Assembly: GCA_043821645.1 (NCBI GenBank)
Contig: JBDRCO010000044.1
Span: 1 to 64,000 of the forward strand
Direction of reading: 5' to 3'
DNA: 64,000 nt
Source of the DNA: Pseudomonadota bacterium
Lineage (GTDB): Bacteria; Myxococcota; JACRCW01; JAFGSX01
Shown here: piece after piece, positions 18,736-28,604 of the stretch
Numbering within the stretch: position 1 is the first letter of the stretch
Layout of the letters: the number at the start of each line of letters is the position of its first letter
The notes under the pieces: generated by a model
Databases searched by the model: none
The model's input: only the letters and a program-made list of their open reading frames with translations
What the model was told of the DNA's origin: nothing
Position numbers and translations under genes: made by a program

Positions 18736-19431
18736 ATGACCGAGCACGATGACCAGAACATGCAGTCAACCAGCGAAGAGCCGGATCGCGCGACACGGCT
18801 GCAGGCCTGGCGTCGTGGTTCGACGGGCCCTCTTCCGGTGGCCGTGCCGGTGCCCGTCCAGCACGCCTGGTACCGCATGACCGGCGGCGAGTGGACCTCG
18901 CTGGCCCTGGTTCCCGTCGACAGCCACGTGCGTGCGGCAGGGCTGGCGCGCAACTTCGGACAGCTCGCCGCGCAGGAGCCGCAGGCCAGGATCCTCGTCG
19001 TCAACGCCTCGCTCCGGGGCTGCTGGACGCCGACCGATCCGCGCCCGGCTCCACCCGAGGAGATCTGGTCGTTTCTGGCAGCGGCCTCGACCACCAGCGC
19101 CGAGAGTTCGTCGCTTCCTTTTGACTACCTGGACTTCGTCAATCTCGACCGGGTCGAGGCCACCCGGGCCCTGGCCTCGGCGCAGACCCTGCTCGACGCG
19201 GTCATGCTCAAGGCGGCCTACCGGCGCTGCATCTTCGCCGTCGACGACGTGATGACCCAGCCCGAGGCCACGCCCCTGGTCCGCGCGGTGGACATGGCCG
19301 TGCTGTGCGTGGCTCGCGGCAGGAGCACGCTGCGGGCCGTGCGCCATGCTCTCGACCTGTTCGGACCATCCAAGATCGCCGGTGCGGTGCTGCTGGAGCC
19401 GTCGACCTCCGCGAGCGCGGCTCGGGACTAG
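18736..19431 (+). CDS. wzeX: BY-pseudokinase, WzeX-like EPS regulator
   Basis: WTSLALVPV in place of Walker A, 'P.ATPLVRAVDMAVLCVARG', IAGAVLL; eps context. Confidence 0.65.
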   Translation: MTEHDDQNMQSTSEEPDRATRLQAWRRGSTGPLPVAVPVPVQHAWYRMTGGEWTSLALVPVDSHVRAAGLARNFGQLAAQEPQARILVVNASLRGCWTPTDPRPAPPEEIWSFLAAASTTSAESSSLPFDYLDFVNLDRVEATRALASAQTLLDAVMLKAAYRRCIFAVDDVMTQPEATPLVRAVDMAVLCVARGRSTLRAVRHALDLFGPSKIAGAVLLEPSTSASAARD

Positions 19432-19608
19432 GAGCCTGTCGGAAAAATCCACCGGCTGCGGCGTCGGATCCTCTCGCTGCGACCGATGTGCGCACTCGCT
19501 CCTCCTGCGACGCACCGCAAGTGCGTCTCGTCGTCACGCGCTGCGCTCATCGCTCTCGCTTCGGTCTCCACCGCCTCGCTTCGTTGTGTTTTCCCGACAG
19601 GCTCCTAG
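19428..19608. mobile_element. 173-bp MITE-like element (19432-19604) with 16-bp terminal inverted repeats and a CTAG target duplication
   Basis: CTAG|GAGCCTGTCGGAAAAA...TTTTCCCGACAGGCTC|CTAG (15/16 match); internal hairpin GACGCAC-CGCAA-GTGCGTC. Confidence 0.8.
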
Positions 19609-20387
19609 AGGCTCCCCCCCGTCGTCGACGAGCAAGGCGCTGCGCGGCGTACGCAGCATGCGCCAGGCAATGCCCAGGATCGCGCGATCGCGCACCAGGT
19701 AGCGCTGTGCCATGCGCCGCGGGTCCTGCCACAGGCGGTAGCTCCACTCGAGCCCGAGGCTCGACATCCAGGCCGGCGCGCGTCGCTGCTCGCCCGCCAA
19801 GAAGTCCAGGGTCCCGCCCACGCCCAGGGCCACGGCCGGTGCCGTGCCGCACGCCAGCGGTGCATGAGCAGCTCCTGCAGCGGACAGCCCAGGGCCACCA
19901 GCACCAGGTCGGGCCGGCTTGCGCGCACGCGCTCGAGAGCCTCGGCGCTGGCCACGGGGTCGCACTCGAAGCCGCGCGGGGGCGCGTCCAGGCCGACGAT
20001 CTGCAGCGTCGGCAGCATGGCCTGCACGACCTCCGCAGCGCGCGCGCCTACGCCAGGAGCCGCCCCGAGGAAGAACACCCGCCAGCCCTCGCGCGCCGCA
20101 CGTTCGAGCAGCGGCAGGGCCAGGTCCGAGCCCGACACCTTCTCGGGAAAGCGTGCGCCGACGAGACGGCTCAGCCACACCAGGGGCATGCCGTCGACCA
20201 GGGACAGGGACGCATCGTCGTAGGCCGCGCGCAACTCGGCGTCGGATTCGGCCAGCACCACATGGTCCACGTTGGGCGTGACCACGTAGCCGCCCTGGCC
20301 GCGCTGGATGAGCTCGGCGATGGCGGTGATGGCGCCCTCGAAGGTCACCATGTCGGCGTGGATGCGGCCGAGGCAGAGACGCTGCAT
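19605..20387 (-). pseudogene. epsA: WecB/TagA/CpsF glycosyltransferase (EpsA-like), frameshifted near 19845 (true lesion or sequencing error)
   Basis: VVTPNVDH, DGMP, GSDL, LGCPLQE in one frame; GVGGTLDFLAG...RAP...GLEWSYRL.QDPRR..RYL in another frame. Confidence 0.75.
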
Positions 20388-20393
20388 GACGCC

Positions 20394-22037
20394 CTAGCGA
20401 GCCACCGGCGCCACTGCGCTGGAGCTGTCGTGCGTTGCCGTGTCGTCGTCCCTGCCGCCGCCGCGACCCCCGGCGGCCCGCGCGCGGACCTCGGGGCGAG
20501 GTGCGGTGACGACGGAGTTCGCAGGCACCGACTCGGTCAGCACCACCCCGGCCATGATCTTGGAACCGGCGCCGACGGTGATCGGACCGAGCAGGGTGGC
20601 GCCCGGGCCGACGTGGACACCGGGCTCCAGCGTCGGTGCGCCCTGGACGCGCGTCACCGGGTCCAGGCCCTCGCCCAGGGTCACGTTGTGAAACAAGATG
20701 CAGCCCTCGCCGACCCGCGCGGCGTGGCTGATCACCAGCCCGTTGCCGTGCACCACCGAGATCCCGGGCGCGATGTCCGCGTCCCAGTGGATCTCGGCGC
20801 CATACAGGTGCCGGATCAAGCGCGAGGTCACCTGCGGCAGCAGGGGTAAACGACGTCGACGCAGCGCTTGCATCAGCCGCACTGCCGCCAGCATCTGCAC
20901 GCCCACCTTGGTCACCACGTGAACCGGCAGCTGGCCCGGGCTCACGCGGTCGGCGTGGTACTTCGACCGGTTGCGGCGCAGCGAGGCGTGGTCCGCACGC
21001 AGCGCACCGAGAAACGACGGTGGAGCCGCGGCGCGGCGCTTGTCGAGATAGTGACGCAGGCCGTGCACGGCGCCTCCCAGCGAGCCCGAGGCCTCGCGCA
21101 GACCGTGAAAGTACTCGACGCCGTAGGCCAGGGTGGTGCCAGCCAGGGCAGGACGCTGCAGGCCCAGGCGATCCAGTCGCCCGGCCACGACCATGAGTCC
21201 TCGTGCCAGGGGCTTTGCGGCGACGGGCAGGGCGACCACGCCGAGCAGCAAGGGCCGCGAGACATGGTTGACCAAAAACAGGTAGCGCCAGGGATCCGCA
21301 CTTTCCACATCTTGATGCATGGCGGCGATGCGCGCGTCCCACAGGCCGTACTCGAAGGCGCGGCTGAGCCAGCGCTCGAGCACGGTGTGATCGGTGTGGT
21401 GCACGACCTCGGCGTCGATGGCGAAGGCGAGACGGGCGCCCGCCTTCTCGAGGCGTATGCCCAGCTCGCGATCCTCCGAGCGCGGGATGCTGGCGTCAAA
21501 GCCCCCCACCTCGAGGTAGCGCCGACGGCGGATCGACACGTTACCCGAGCACAGCTGGATGCCCTTCAAGCGGATCCGGCCGCTTCGGATCTGGCGCGCC
21601 AGGCGCAGCACCTGCTCGGCGTGAAAGCGTTCGAACAGCGGCATCGTGCCGAACTCGGGCGCGGGCGCGATCAGGCCGAACACCACCTCGGCGCCGGCCT
21701 GGTGAGCGCGCAGGTGCGCGGATAAAAAGCCTGGCCCGAGCTCCATGTCGTCGTCGACGACCACCAAGATCTCACCCTGGGCCACCTGTGCTCCGCGGTG
21801 CCGTGCGGCAGCGGGGCCGGCATTGGCCTGGGCGAGGTACGTGATCGGGTAGGGCAGCTCCAGCGCCCGGCAAGCCTCGCTCGCCGGGGGTGTCGAGCCG
21901 TCATCCACCACCACCACCTCGAACTGATCCGCGGCCAGATCCTGCTGTCCCAGATCCCGCAGCAAGCGCTGCAAGGCAGCATGGCGATTGTAGGTCGCCA
22001 CCACGACGCTGATCTGGAGGGGAGTGTGCTCCGCCAC
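20394..22037 (-). CDS. Fusion of GT2 glycosyltransferase and serine O-acetyltransferase-like LbH domain (EpsD+EpsC-like)
   Basis: VVATYNR, VDDGS, DDD, SEDRELG; C-terminal HGNGLVI...FHNVTLG; GGAGG RBS before GTG 22037. Confidence 0.8.
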   Translation of the reverse strand: MAEHTPLQISVVVATYNRHAALQRLLRDLGQQDLAADQFEVVVVDDGSTPPASEACRALELPYPITYLAQANAGPAAARHRGAQVAQGEILVVVDDDMELGPGFLSAHLRAHQAGAEVVFGLIAPAPEFGTMPLFERFHAEQVLRLARQIRSGRIRLKGIQLCSGNVSIRRRRYLEVGGFDASIPRSEDRELGIRLEKAGARLAFAIDAEVVHHTDHTVLERWLSRAFEYGLWDARIAAMHQDVESADPWRYLFLVNHVSRPLLLGVVALPVAAKPLARGLMVVAGRLDRLGLQRPALAGTTLAYGVEYFHGLREASGSLGGAVHGLRHYLDKRRAAAPPSFLGALRADHASLRRNRSKYHADRVSPGQLPVHVVTKVGVQMLAAVRLMQALRRRRLPLLPQVTSRLIRHLYGAEIHWDADIAPGISVVHGNGLVISHAARVGEGCILFHNVTLGEGLDPVTRVQGAPTLEPGVHVGPGATLLGPITVGAGSKIMAGVVLTESVPANSVVTAPRPEVRARAAGGRGGGRDDDTATHDSSSAVAPVAR

Positions 22038-22041
22038 GCGC

Positions 22042-22698
22042 TCAATCCTCCCGGCGCGCATCCGCGTCCACCACGAAGCGCTCTGGATCCAGCTGGCGCA
22101 CAGGTCGCGCGGGGATGCCTGCCACCACGGTGAAGGGTGGCACGTCGCGGGTGACCACGGCCGAGGCTCCGACCACGGCGCCGCGCCCGATGCGGACGCC
22201 CGGCAGCACGGTGGCCTTGGCGGTGATCCAGACATCGTCCTCGATCACCACCGGACGCGCCGGAGGGCGGACCGAGCGCTGGTAGAGATCGTGAAACGCG
22301 CTGTCCACGATCATGACGAAGGGTGCCACGCGCACGCGCTTGCCAAGCACGATGGAGCGGGTCGCCCCGATGCTGACGCCGTAGTTGATGCTGCAGCCGT
22401 CGCCTATGGTGAGGCTGGCGCCGGGCTCGGTGGCCAGTTCGATGGGCACATGGACAGAGCGCAGCAGGACGTCGTCACCGATGTGCATCACGCCTTCGTT
22501 GACGATGCGGGGGCGCCCCAGCGTGCGCACCCGGGCCCCCACGGAGCTGGCGCCGCGCAGGTACCAGGGCGCGCTGATCACAGCCTCGAGGTAGCGCGTG
22601 CCACGACGGATTCGGGCGGGCATGGGCTCGTCGCGGTGGACATCCCACTTGCGGCGCAGCACTTCCAGCCAGGCCGTGATGTCCCGCGAGCCTTGCAT
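22042..22698 (-). CDS. Left-handed beta-helix acyltransferase
   Basis: DSAFH, IEDDVWI...LPGVRIGRGAVVGA...VAGIPAR. Confidence 0.88.
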   Translation of the reverse strand: MQGSRDITAWLEVLRRKWDVHRDEPMPARIRRGTRYLEAVISAPWYLRGASSVGARVRTLGRPRIVNEGVMHIGDDVLLRSVHVPIELATEPGASLTIGDGCSINYGVSIGATRSIVLGKRVRVAPFVMIVDSAFHDLYQRSVRPPARPVVIEDDVWITAKATVLPGVRIGRGAVVGASAVVTRDVPPFTVVAGIPARPVRQLDPERFVVDADARRED

Positions 22699-22849
22699 CG
22701 TCTTCTCGCCCCTCCCTGCGTGTGTCGCGGGGGCCTCGACCCCGTGCCCCCGGGCGGACGAGGCCTCGTTTCGCATTTTCGAATGACGGACGCAACCGGC
22801 CAGCCAAGACACGTAGCAGAGAGGGCACCGCTCCGCAGGGTGGTGGATC

Positions 22850-23190
22850 CAAGCACCGGCAGGATCCATGTAGGATAATCTGCTCCAAACCCAAGGCCAC
22901 GCCGCTATATTTTGGTAGGCATGTGGAGTAACTGGATGGGATCGAGCCACAATAAACCGCCGGATAGAATTTTTAAACTACTTAGTATTTTTGGTGTTTT
23001 TTTAAACTCTGCGGGTGAGAAGGCTTGCTTCTTGAGCCGCCAACCCTATGTGTGGGTTGTGCACCCACAGCCGACAGCCCTTTTGGAGCATGTGGACCAT
23101 TCTGGTTATGACGCTATGCGTCATATGTTCTGGACATTGGACGGTGGAGGTGAGACTGCTACCTGGTGTGGACCTCTTGGGGGAGGGGAA
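22850..23190. promoter_or_regulatory. AT-rich divergent control region of the eps locus
   Basis: Marked GC drop (e.g. gatagaatttttaaactacttagtatttttggtgtttttttaaa) between divergent operons. Confidence 0.55.
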
Positions 23191-23192
23191 TC

Positions 23193-24584
23193 ATGAACGG
23201 GCGATTGGATCGTTATGTTCCCGGGGCGACAGCCAAGCTCAATCTCCTGATCGACGTGGTGTTTCAGGCTCTGGCGCTGTGGCTGGCGCTCGGGGGAGCC
23301 ACCGTACCCTTGCGTGGCGACTTCATCGGCTTGCTCAGCGCCGTGTTCCTGTGCTGGTTCGTGGCGACGGCGGTGCTCAGACTCTATGCCCCGCTGACGC
23401 CGCGCCGCTTCTTCGACAACATCGCCCTGGCCGCGCTGGCCGTGCTGGCGCCGACCCTGGCGGTGCTGCTGCTGCACTGGATCGCCTTCTATCCTGACTT
23501 CGCGTTCCAGCCGCTGGTGTTCGCTGGCGCCCTGTTTGCCGGTGCCCTGTTCAACCACCAGGTCATTGGCCGCGCCCTGTCGCAACGTCTCAGTGAGCCG
23601 CGCCATGCCATCCTCATCGTCGGCACGGGGGCGCTGGGACTGGCCACCTTTGAGCGGCTGCGCATCGACGGGCAGCGGCAGGTCATCGGTTTTATGAACT
23701 TTCCGGGCGAGCCCGATGCGGTTCCCTTCGACGACACCGAGGTGCTCGGCGACAGCAGTCTGCTGCTGACCGTGCTGCAGCATCGCATCGTCGACGAGGT
23801 GTACATGGCCGGACGCCTGGCCTACCAGGCCAGGCCCATGCAGGCGGCGGTGAGCGTGTGCGAGGAGGTCGGCATCCCATTCGCGATGCCCCTGCACAGC
23901 CTGCGCTTCGAGCGCGCCACTTTGCTGTCGAATTCGACCCGGCGTGACGGCTACCTGCACTACATGACCCAGGAGCCTAAACCCATGCTGTTCGCGATCA
24001 AGCGGCTGATCGACATCGTCGCCTCGTCGCTGGCGCTGGGTCTGCTTTCGCCCCTGCTGGTGCTGGTGGCGGTGGCCATCCGTCTCGATAGCCGAGGCCC
24101 CGTGTTCTTCAGGCAGCGCCGCGTCGGGCTGCACGCGACCCACTTCAACATGCTCAAGTTTCGCTCGATGGTGCAGGACGCCGAGGCTCGCCGCGGTGAG
24201 CTGGAGCAGGCCAACGAGCAGAGCGGGCCCGTGTTCAAGATGCGCCACGACCCGCGCGTGACCCGGGTTGGCCGCTTCATTCGCAAGTTCAGCATCGACG
24301 AGCTGCCACAGCTGGTGAACATCCTGCGTGGCGACATGACCATCGTCGGCCCGCGGCCCGCGCTGCCCAAGGAAGTGGACCAGTACAAGGCCTGGCAGCG
24401 TCGGCGCCTGTCGGTGCGGCCCGGGTTGACCTGCTACTGGCAGATCGGCGGCCGCAACGAGATCAGTTTTGATGAGTGGATGCAGATGGACCTGCGCTAT
24501 GTCGACAACTGGAACCTGCGCGTCGACCTGAACATGATCATCCAGACCGTTCCTGTGGCGCTGAGCGGACGCGGCGCCAGCTGA
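23193..24584 (+). CDS. epsZ: Polyprenyl-phosphate hexose-1-phosphate transferase (EpsZ/WcaJ)
   Basis: N-terminal TMs, IVGTG, KRLID, KFRSM, DPRVT, SIDELPQ, VGPRP, PGLT, DLRY. Confidence 0.92.
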   Translation: MNGRLDRYVPGATAKLNLLIDVVFQALALWLALGGATVPLRGDFIGLLSAVFLCWFVATAVLRLYAPLTPRRFFDNIALAALAVLAPTLAVLLLHWIAFYPDFAFQPLVFAGALFAGALFNHQVIGRALSQRLSEPRHAILIVGTGALGLATFERLRIDGQRQVIGFMNFPGEPDAVPFDDTEVLGDSSLLLTVLQHRIVDEVYMAGRLAYQARPMQAAVSVCEEVGIPFAMPLHSLRFERATLLSNSTRRDGYLHYMTQEPKPMLFAIKRLIDIVASSLALGLLSPLLVLVAVAIRLDSRGPVFFRQRRVGLHATHFNMLKFRSMVQDAEARRGELEQANEQSGPVFKMRHDPRVTRVGRFIRKFSIDELPQLVNILRGDMTIVGPRPALPKEVDQYKAWQRRRLSVRPGLTCYWQIGGRNEISFDEWMQMDLRYVDNWNLRVDLNMIIQTVPVALSGRGAS

Positions 24585-24624
24585 CCCGGAGCGGTCCGCT
24601 CCACGGTGCGAGCGTACAACAAAG

Positions 24625-26172
24625 GTGGCGGCGACTCGCATGGCGGGGCTTCCGGCAGATGAGGGCAGCGCGGTCGCGTCCCGGGAAGTGTCGCTGGCAC
24701 TGCGCAACACCCTGCGCCTCGGGCTGTCGCTGGCGGTGACCTTCGGCGTGGCCTTTTTGGTGCGCTTCTGGTTGCCGCGCTACCTGGGCCCGGACACCTT
24801 TGGCCTGGTCTACTTCGCCGAGGAGTTCGCGGCGGCCTTCTTCGTCCTGGGTACCCTGGGCGTCGAGACCTACATCCACAAGGAGGTGTCGACGCGGCCC
24901 GCGCTGGCCAGCGAATTCTTCGGCACCTTCACCTTGTTCCGCTTGCTGGTGGGCCTGGGCATCCTGGGCGCCATGGCCGTCACCCTGCACGGCATGGGCA
25001 AGAGCGAGATCGAGTGGCGGCTGGTCGCCCTGTTCGCCGCGGGTCAGATCCTGTTCGTCCACAACAGCTCGCTCGGCGCCATGCTGCAGGCCGTGGGAAC
25101 GGTCGGCGAGCTGGCCTGGATCAAGGCCGGTGCCAAGGTGCTGTGGGGCGTCGGCATCGTGACCGGCCTGCTCATCGAGCGCAGCTTCGTCGAGGTGATC
25201 GCCATCTCGTTCCTGGTGACCGAGGCCCTGCGCCTGCCGCTGCTTACCCGCGCGGCCCGTCGTCACCTTGGCCTGCGCTTCACGGTGCGACGCCAGGCCC
25301 TGCGCCTCGTGCTCGCCGCCAGCATGCCCTACTTCATCAACTACGTGGCGTTTCGGATCTACAGCAAGATCGACGTCAGCATGCTGTCCTACCTCACCAC
25401 CGACCGAGAGGTCGGCTGGTACGGGGCTGCCGCCAACGTCACGGCCATCGTGTTCCTGGTGCTGCCGCTGCTCAACGCCGTCATCATCCCGATGGGGGCG
25501 CGCATCGCCCAGACCTCGGAGGACGCCGCCAGCGCGACCATGCGCGGGACTCTGCGCATGGTGCTCATCCTGACCGTGCCCATGGCCCTGCTGCTGGCAC
25601 TCAATGCGTCGACGGTGGTGCCCCTGCTGTTCTCGTCGAGCTACCTGCCTTCGGTGACGGCCATGCAGGTGCTGACGCCGCTGGTGCCCCTCACCTACGT
25701 GTGCTCCATGCTGGGCTCGCACCTGGTGCAGCTCGGGCGCATCTGGAGCGTCACCTCGATCTCGCTGGTGGGTCTGGTGCTCAATCCCGTGCTCAACGCG
25801 CTGCTCATCGTCCCCGTGTGGCGGGCGCTGGGAGACGGCGGAGCCGGCATCGCCGCGGCGTCGACCACCGTGCTGACCGAGCTGGTGGCGGCTGCCCTGC
25901 TGTTCGCTGCTCTCGGCCGCGCGAGCTGGGACCGTGCCCAGAGCCTGTTGTTGCTGAAGCTGGTGCTGGTCAGTGCCCTCCTCGGGGGCGCCCACCTGTG
26001 GCTGCAGCGACTGGGTCTGCTGGCCATCCCCGTCGAGATCGTGCTCTACGTCATGCTGGCGGCCCCCCTGGGGGCCTTGCCGCTGCGCTCGATGCTGCAG
26101 CGGGTGCGACACGCGCTGCGCCCGCGTGGGTCCACGCCTTCGCCGTCCGACGACCAACCGGAGTCGCCATGA
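24625..26172 (+). CDS. wzx: Wzx flippase
   Basis: ~12-14 TM helices, RYLGPDTFG, EVGWYGAA; follows epsZ. Confidence 0.88.
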   Translation: MAATRMAGLPADEGSAVASREVSLALRNTLRLGLSLAVTFGVAFLVRFWLPRYLGPDTFGLVYFAEEFAAAFFVLGTLGVETYIHKEVSTRPALASEFFGTFTLFRLLVGLGILGAMAVTLHGMGKSEIEWRLVALFAAGQILFVHNSSLGAMLQAVGTVGELAWIKAGAKVLWGVGIVTGLLIERSFVEVIAISFLVTEALRLPLLTRAARRHLGLRFTVRRQALRLVLAASMPYFINYVAFRIYSKIDVSMLSYLTTDREVGWYGAAANVTAIVFLVLPLLNAVIIPMGARIAQTSEDAASATMRGTLRMVLILTVPMALLLALNASTVVPLLFSSSYLPSVTAMQVLTPLVPLTYVCSMLGSHLVQLGRIWSVTSISLVGLVLNPVLNALLIVPVWRALGDGGAGIAAASTTVLTELVAAALLFAALGRASWDRAQSLLLLKLVLVSALLGGAHLWLQRLGLLAIPVEIVLYVMLAAPLGALPLRSMLQRVRHALRPRGSTPSPSDDQPESP

Positions 26173-26759
26173 AAACTGCCCTCTCCATCCTGACCCTCGC
26201 CCTGCTCGGTGCTGTCCGCTGCGCCCACCCGGCAGCCTCCATCTGGGTCGACGAGCTCCCGGCGCAGGACTCGGCGCCACCGGTCTATCGCTTCGCGGTG
26301 GACGATCAGGTGCTGGTGACGGTGTGGAACCAGCCGCAGCTCTCGGGTCTGCACCGGGTGCGAGCCGACGGCATGATCACCCTGCCACTCAGCGGTGACG
26401 TGGCGGTGCTCGGCCTCACCCCGGAGGGTGCCTCGACCCAGATCGCCCGGGCGCTTGCGGGTCTCGTGGTCGACCCCAAGGTGACCCTGGAGCTGGCGCA
26501 GGCGCGGGCGCCCCAGGTCACGGTGCTGGGGGAGGTGCGAACGCCCGGCCGCTTCGAGCTCCGCGTGGGCGAGGGTGTGCTGGAGCTGCTGGCCCAGGCC
26601 GGCGGACTCACCGAGTTCGCAGCGCGGGATGGTATCTACGTGCTGCGCCGCGAGGGCCAGGTCCCGCGCATCCGCTTCGATTACAGGCAGCTGGAGACCG
26701 GCGAGCCGAGGGCCGTGGGTTTTCTGTTGCGCGACGGTGACGTCATCATCGTGGAGTGA
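26169..26759 (+). CDS. epsY: Short OPX polysaccharide export lipoprotein (EpsY)
   Basis: Lipobox, PES motif VRADGMITLPLSG, SLBB domain, LRDGDVIIVE end with no OM helix. Confidence 0.88.
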   Translation: MKTALSILTLALLGAVRCAHPAASIWVDELPAQDSAPPVYRFAVDDQVLVTVWNQPQLSGLHRVRADGMITLPLSGDVAVLGLTPEGASTQIARALAGLVVDPKVTLELAQARAPQVTVLGEVRTPGRFELRVGEGVLELLAQAGGLTEFAARDGIYVLRREGQVPRIRFDYRQLETGEPRAVGFLLRDGDVIIVE

Positions 26760-27985
26760 GGCCGCCGGTGTCCCTGCTTGTCCTCGGTCTGACCCTGAAC
26801 CTGCTCACGGCACCCCCGGACCTGGGTGCGCGCGGCTCGATCGATGGCGAGCTGAGCGCTGGCGCCCTGGCGAGTTCGGGATCCGCGGGGGCGGCCGCGG
26901 GAGCCCAGACCGAGTGGGTGCCTGGCCTCGACCTGGACCTGCGCCTGCGCCGTCAGCACCTGGCCGCCGGCTACCACCCGCGCCTCGTCCTGCGCTGGCC
27001 CCAGGCGGTGGATGGCCGGCCGCTGGTGCTGCACCGTCTCACCCTGCGGTATGACGCCACCCCGGCGCGCCGGGCGCGGGTCAACGCCAGGTTCTACCTC
27101 GACGCGGGAGACACGGCCTACGGACGCAGTCTGTTTGTGTTCGATGGCGCCGCGCTGTCCAGCAGCGTGCCCACCGTCGACGTCCTGAGCTTCCTCAGCA
27201 GCGGCGCAGACGCCAGCCTGCGCTGGCGACTGGATCGACGCCAGGACCTGCTGCTGTCGACCTCGCTGGGCTACAACACGCCCCTGGGCACGCCCCCGGT
27301 CGCCGGGCTTTTTCCAGAGCAGCTCCGCGGCACCATCGAGGTGGGCTACACCCTGGCCGCGGCGCGCCGCCAGGAACTCGTACTCGACGTGCAGGGGCGC
27401 GGTGTGCAGTTCAGGCCCGGGCCGACCTACCTGGCGCTGCGGCCGACCGCGCAGTGGAAGGCCCTCGTGAATGCACACTGGACCACCACGATCGTCGGCG
27501 GCGCGCTGCTGGCCCAGCAACAGGGAACGATCGCCTCCACCAACGTCCTGCGCACGCCGCTGATGCCCGTCGCGGAGATCGGCGTCGACGGGCGTGAGCG
27601 CCTGGCACGCCGAGTCCCTGCCCACGTGGACCTGCGCGTCGGGCTCGACGGCTATTTCGATCCCGTGGCCGCCAGCCTGTCGCCCCTGGCCTCGGCGCGC
27701 AGCATGCTCGAGCTGGCGCTGGGACCGCACGCCTTGGCGAGCGCACAGGCATATGTCTATATTCCCCTCGGCAGTGAGGCGGGACTGGTGCCGGGATGGG
27801 GCCGGCGCGATCCACTGCTCGCTGGTGGGGATGTCCGGATCTCGCCCTGGTCGCAGCGCGACCTGCGGCTGGATTGCGGCGTTCGCGGCTTCGGTCTGTG
27901 GACGACGGCAACAGGGCTCATCCTGCAGCGCAGCGAGCTGGTCGGCTTCGTGGGTCTGCGGGCAGGCCTCGACGCGGGAGCGTGA
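26756..27985 (+). CDS. epsX: Outer-membrane beta-barrel (EpsX-like)
   Basis: Signal peptide, amphipathic beta-strands, position directly after the short OPX gene. Confidence 0.65.
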   Translation: MRPPVSLLVLGLTLNLLTAPPDLGARGSIDGELSAGALASSGSAGAAAGAQTEWVPGLDLDLRLRRQHLAAGYHPRLVLRWPQAVDGRPLVLHRLTLRYDATPARRARVNARFYLDAGDTAYGRSLFVFDGAALSSSVPTVDVLSFLSSGADASLRWRLDRRQDLLLSTSLGYNTPLGTPPVAGLFPEQLRGTIEVGYTLAAARRQELVLDVQGRGVQFRPGPTYLALRPTAQWKALVNAHWTTTIVGGALLAQQQGTIASTNVLRTPLMPVAEIGVDGRERLARRVPAHVDLRVGLDGYFDPVAASLSPLASARSMLELALGPHALASAQAYVYIPLGSEAGLVPGWGRRDPLLAGGDVRISPWSQRDLRLDCGVRGFGLWTTATGLILQRSELVGFVGLRAGLDAGA

Positions 27986-28155
27986 TGGACAAGCTGGTGC
28001 TGCTCAGCGTGATCGGCGCCTCCGTGGCCGTGCCCATGATGGCGGCCCGCCTGGGCGATCCGCGGCGCGCTTTGCGGCTGTGTCTGTTTGCGTTCGTCGG
28101 CTTCAATGCCGTGTACATTGCACTTCTGTTCCTGGTCTTTCCGAGGTTGGTATGA
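27985..28155 (+). CDS. Small 56-aa two-TM protein
   Basis: GGAG RBS; start and stop overlap both neighbouring genes. Confidence 0.7.
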   Translation: MDKLVLLSVIGASVAVPMMAARLGDPRRALRLCLFAFVGFNAVYIALLFLVFPRLV

Positions 28156-28604
28156 GCGAACCCAGCGACACGCACCTCCCACTGCGCGCAGTGGTGGCGG
28201 ACGACGACGTCGACATCCGCCGGGTGATTGCGATCCAGTTGAAGGAGCTTGGCTACGAGGTGATCGAGGCCGGCAATGGGGACGCCGTGAAGGCGGCGGT
28301 GACCGAGCATCCACCGGACCTCATCTGCCTCGACCTCAACATGCCCCTGGTGAGTGGCTACGCGGTCCTGCGCTGGCTGCGCGAGGAGCCCGCATTGACC
28401 GAGATCCCGGTGCTCGTGATCACCGCCCGGACCAGTCTCGACGACTACGCCACCTGCCGCGAGTACCAGGCCACGGCCATCGTCGAGAAACCCTTTCGCA
28501 CCAAGGCCCTCAGGGCTGCCGTGCAACGCCTCGTCGGACAGAGCGGTGCTGCAGCCGCCACAGCGCCGCGTTCCCGCTCGGGCGATTCCGGGGAGAAACC
28601 ATGA
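28152..28604 (+). CDS. epsW: Single-domain response regulator (EpsW-like)
   Basis: VADDD, LDLNMP, TA, EKPF receiver motifs. Confidence 0.85.
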   Translation: MSEPSDTHLPLRAVVADDDVDIRRVIAIQLKELGYEVIEAGNGDAVKAAVTEHPPDLICLDLNMPLVSGYAVLRWLREEPALTEIPVLVITARTSLDDYATCREYQATAIVEKPFRTKALRAAVQRLVGQSGAAAATAPRSRSGDSGEKP

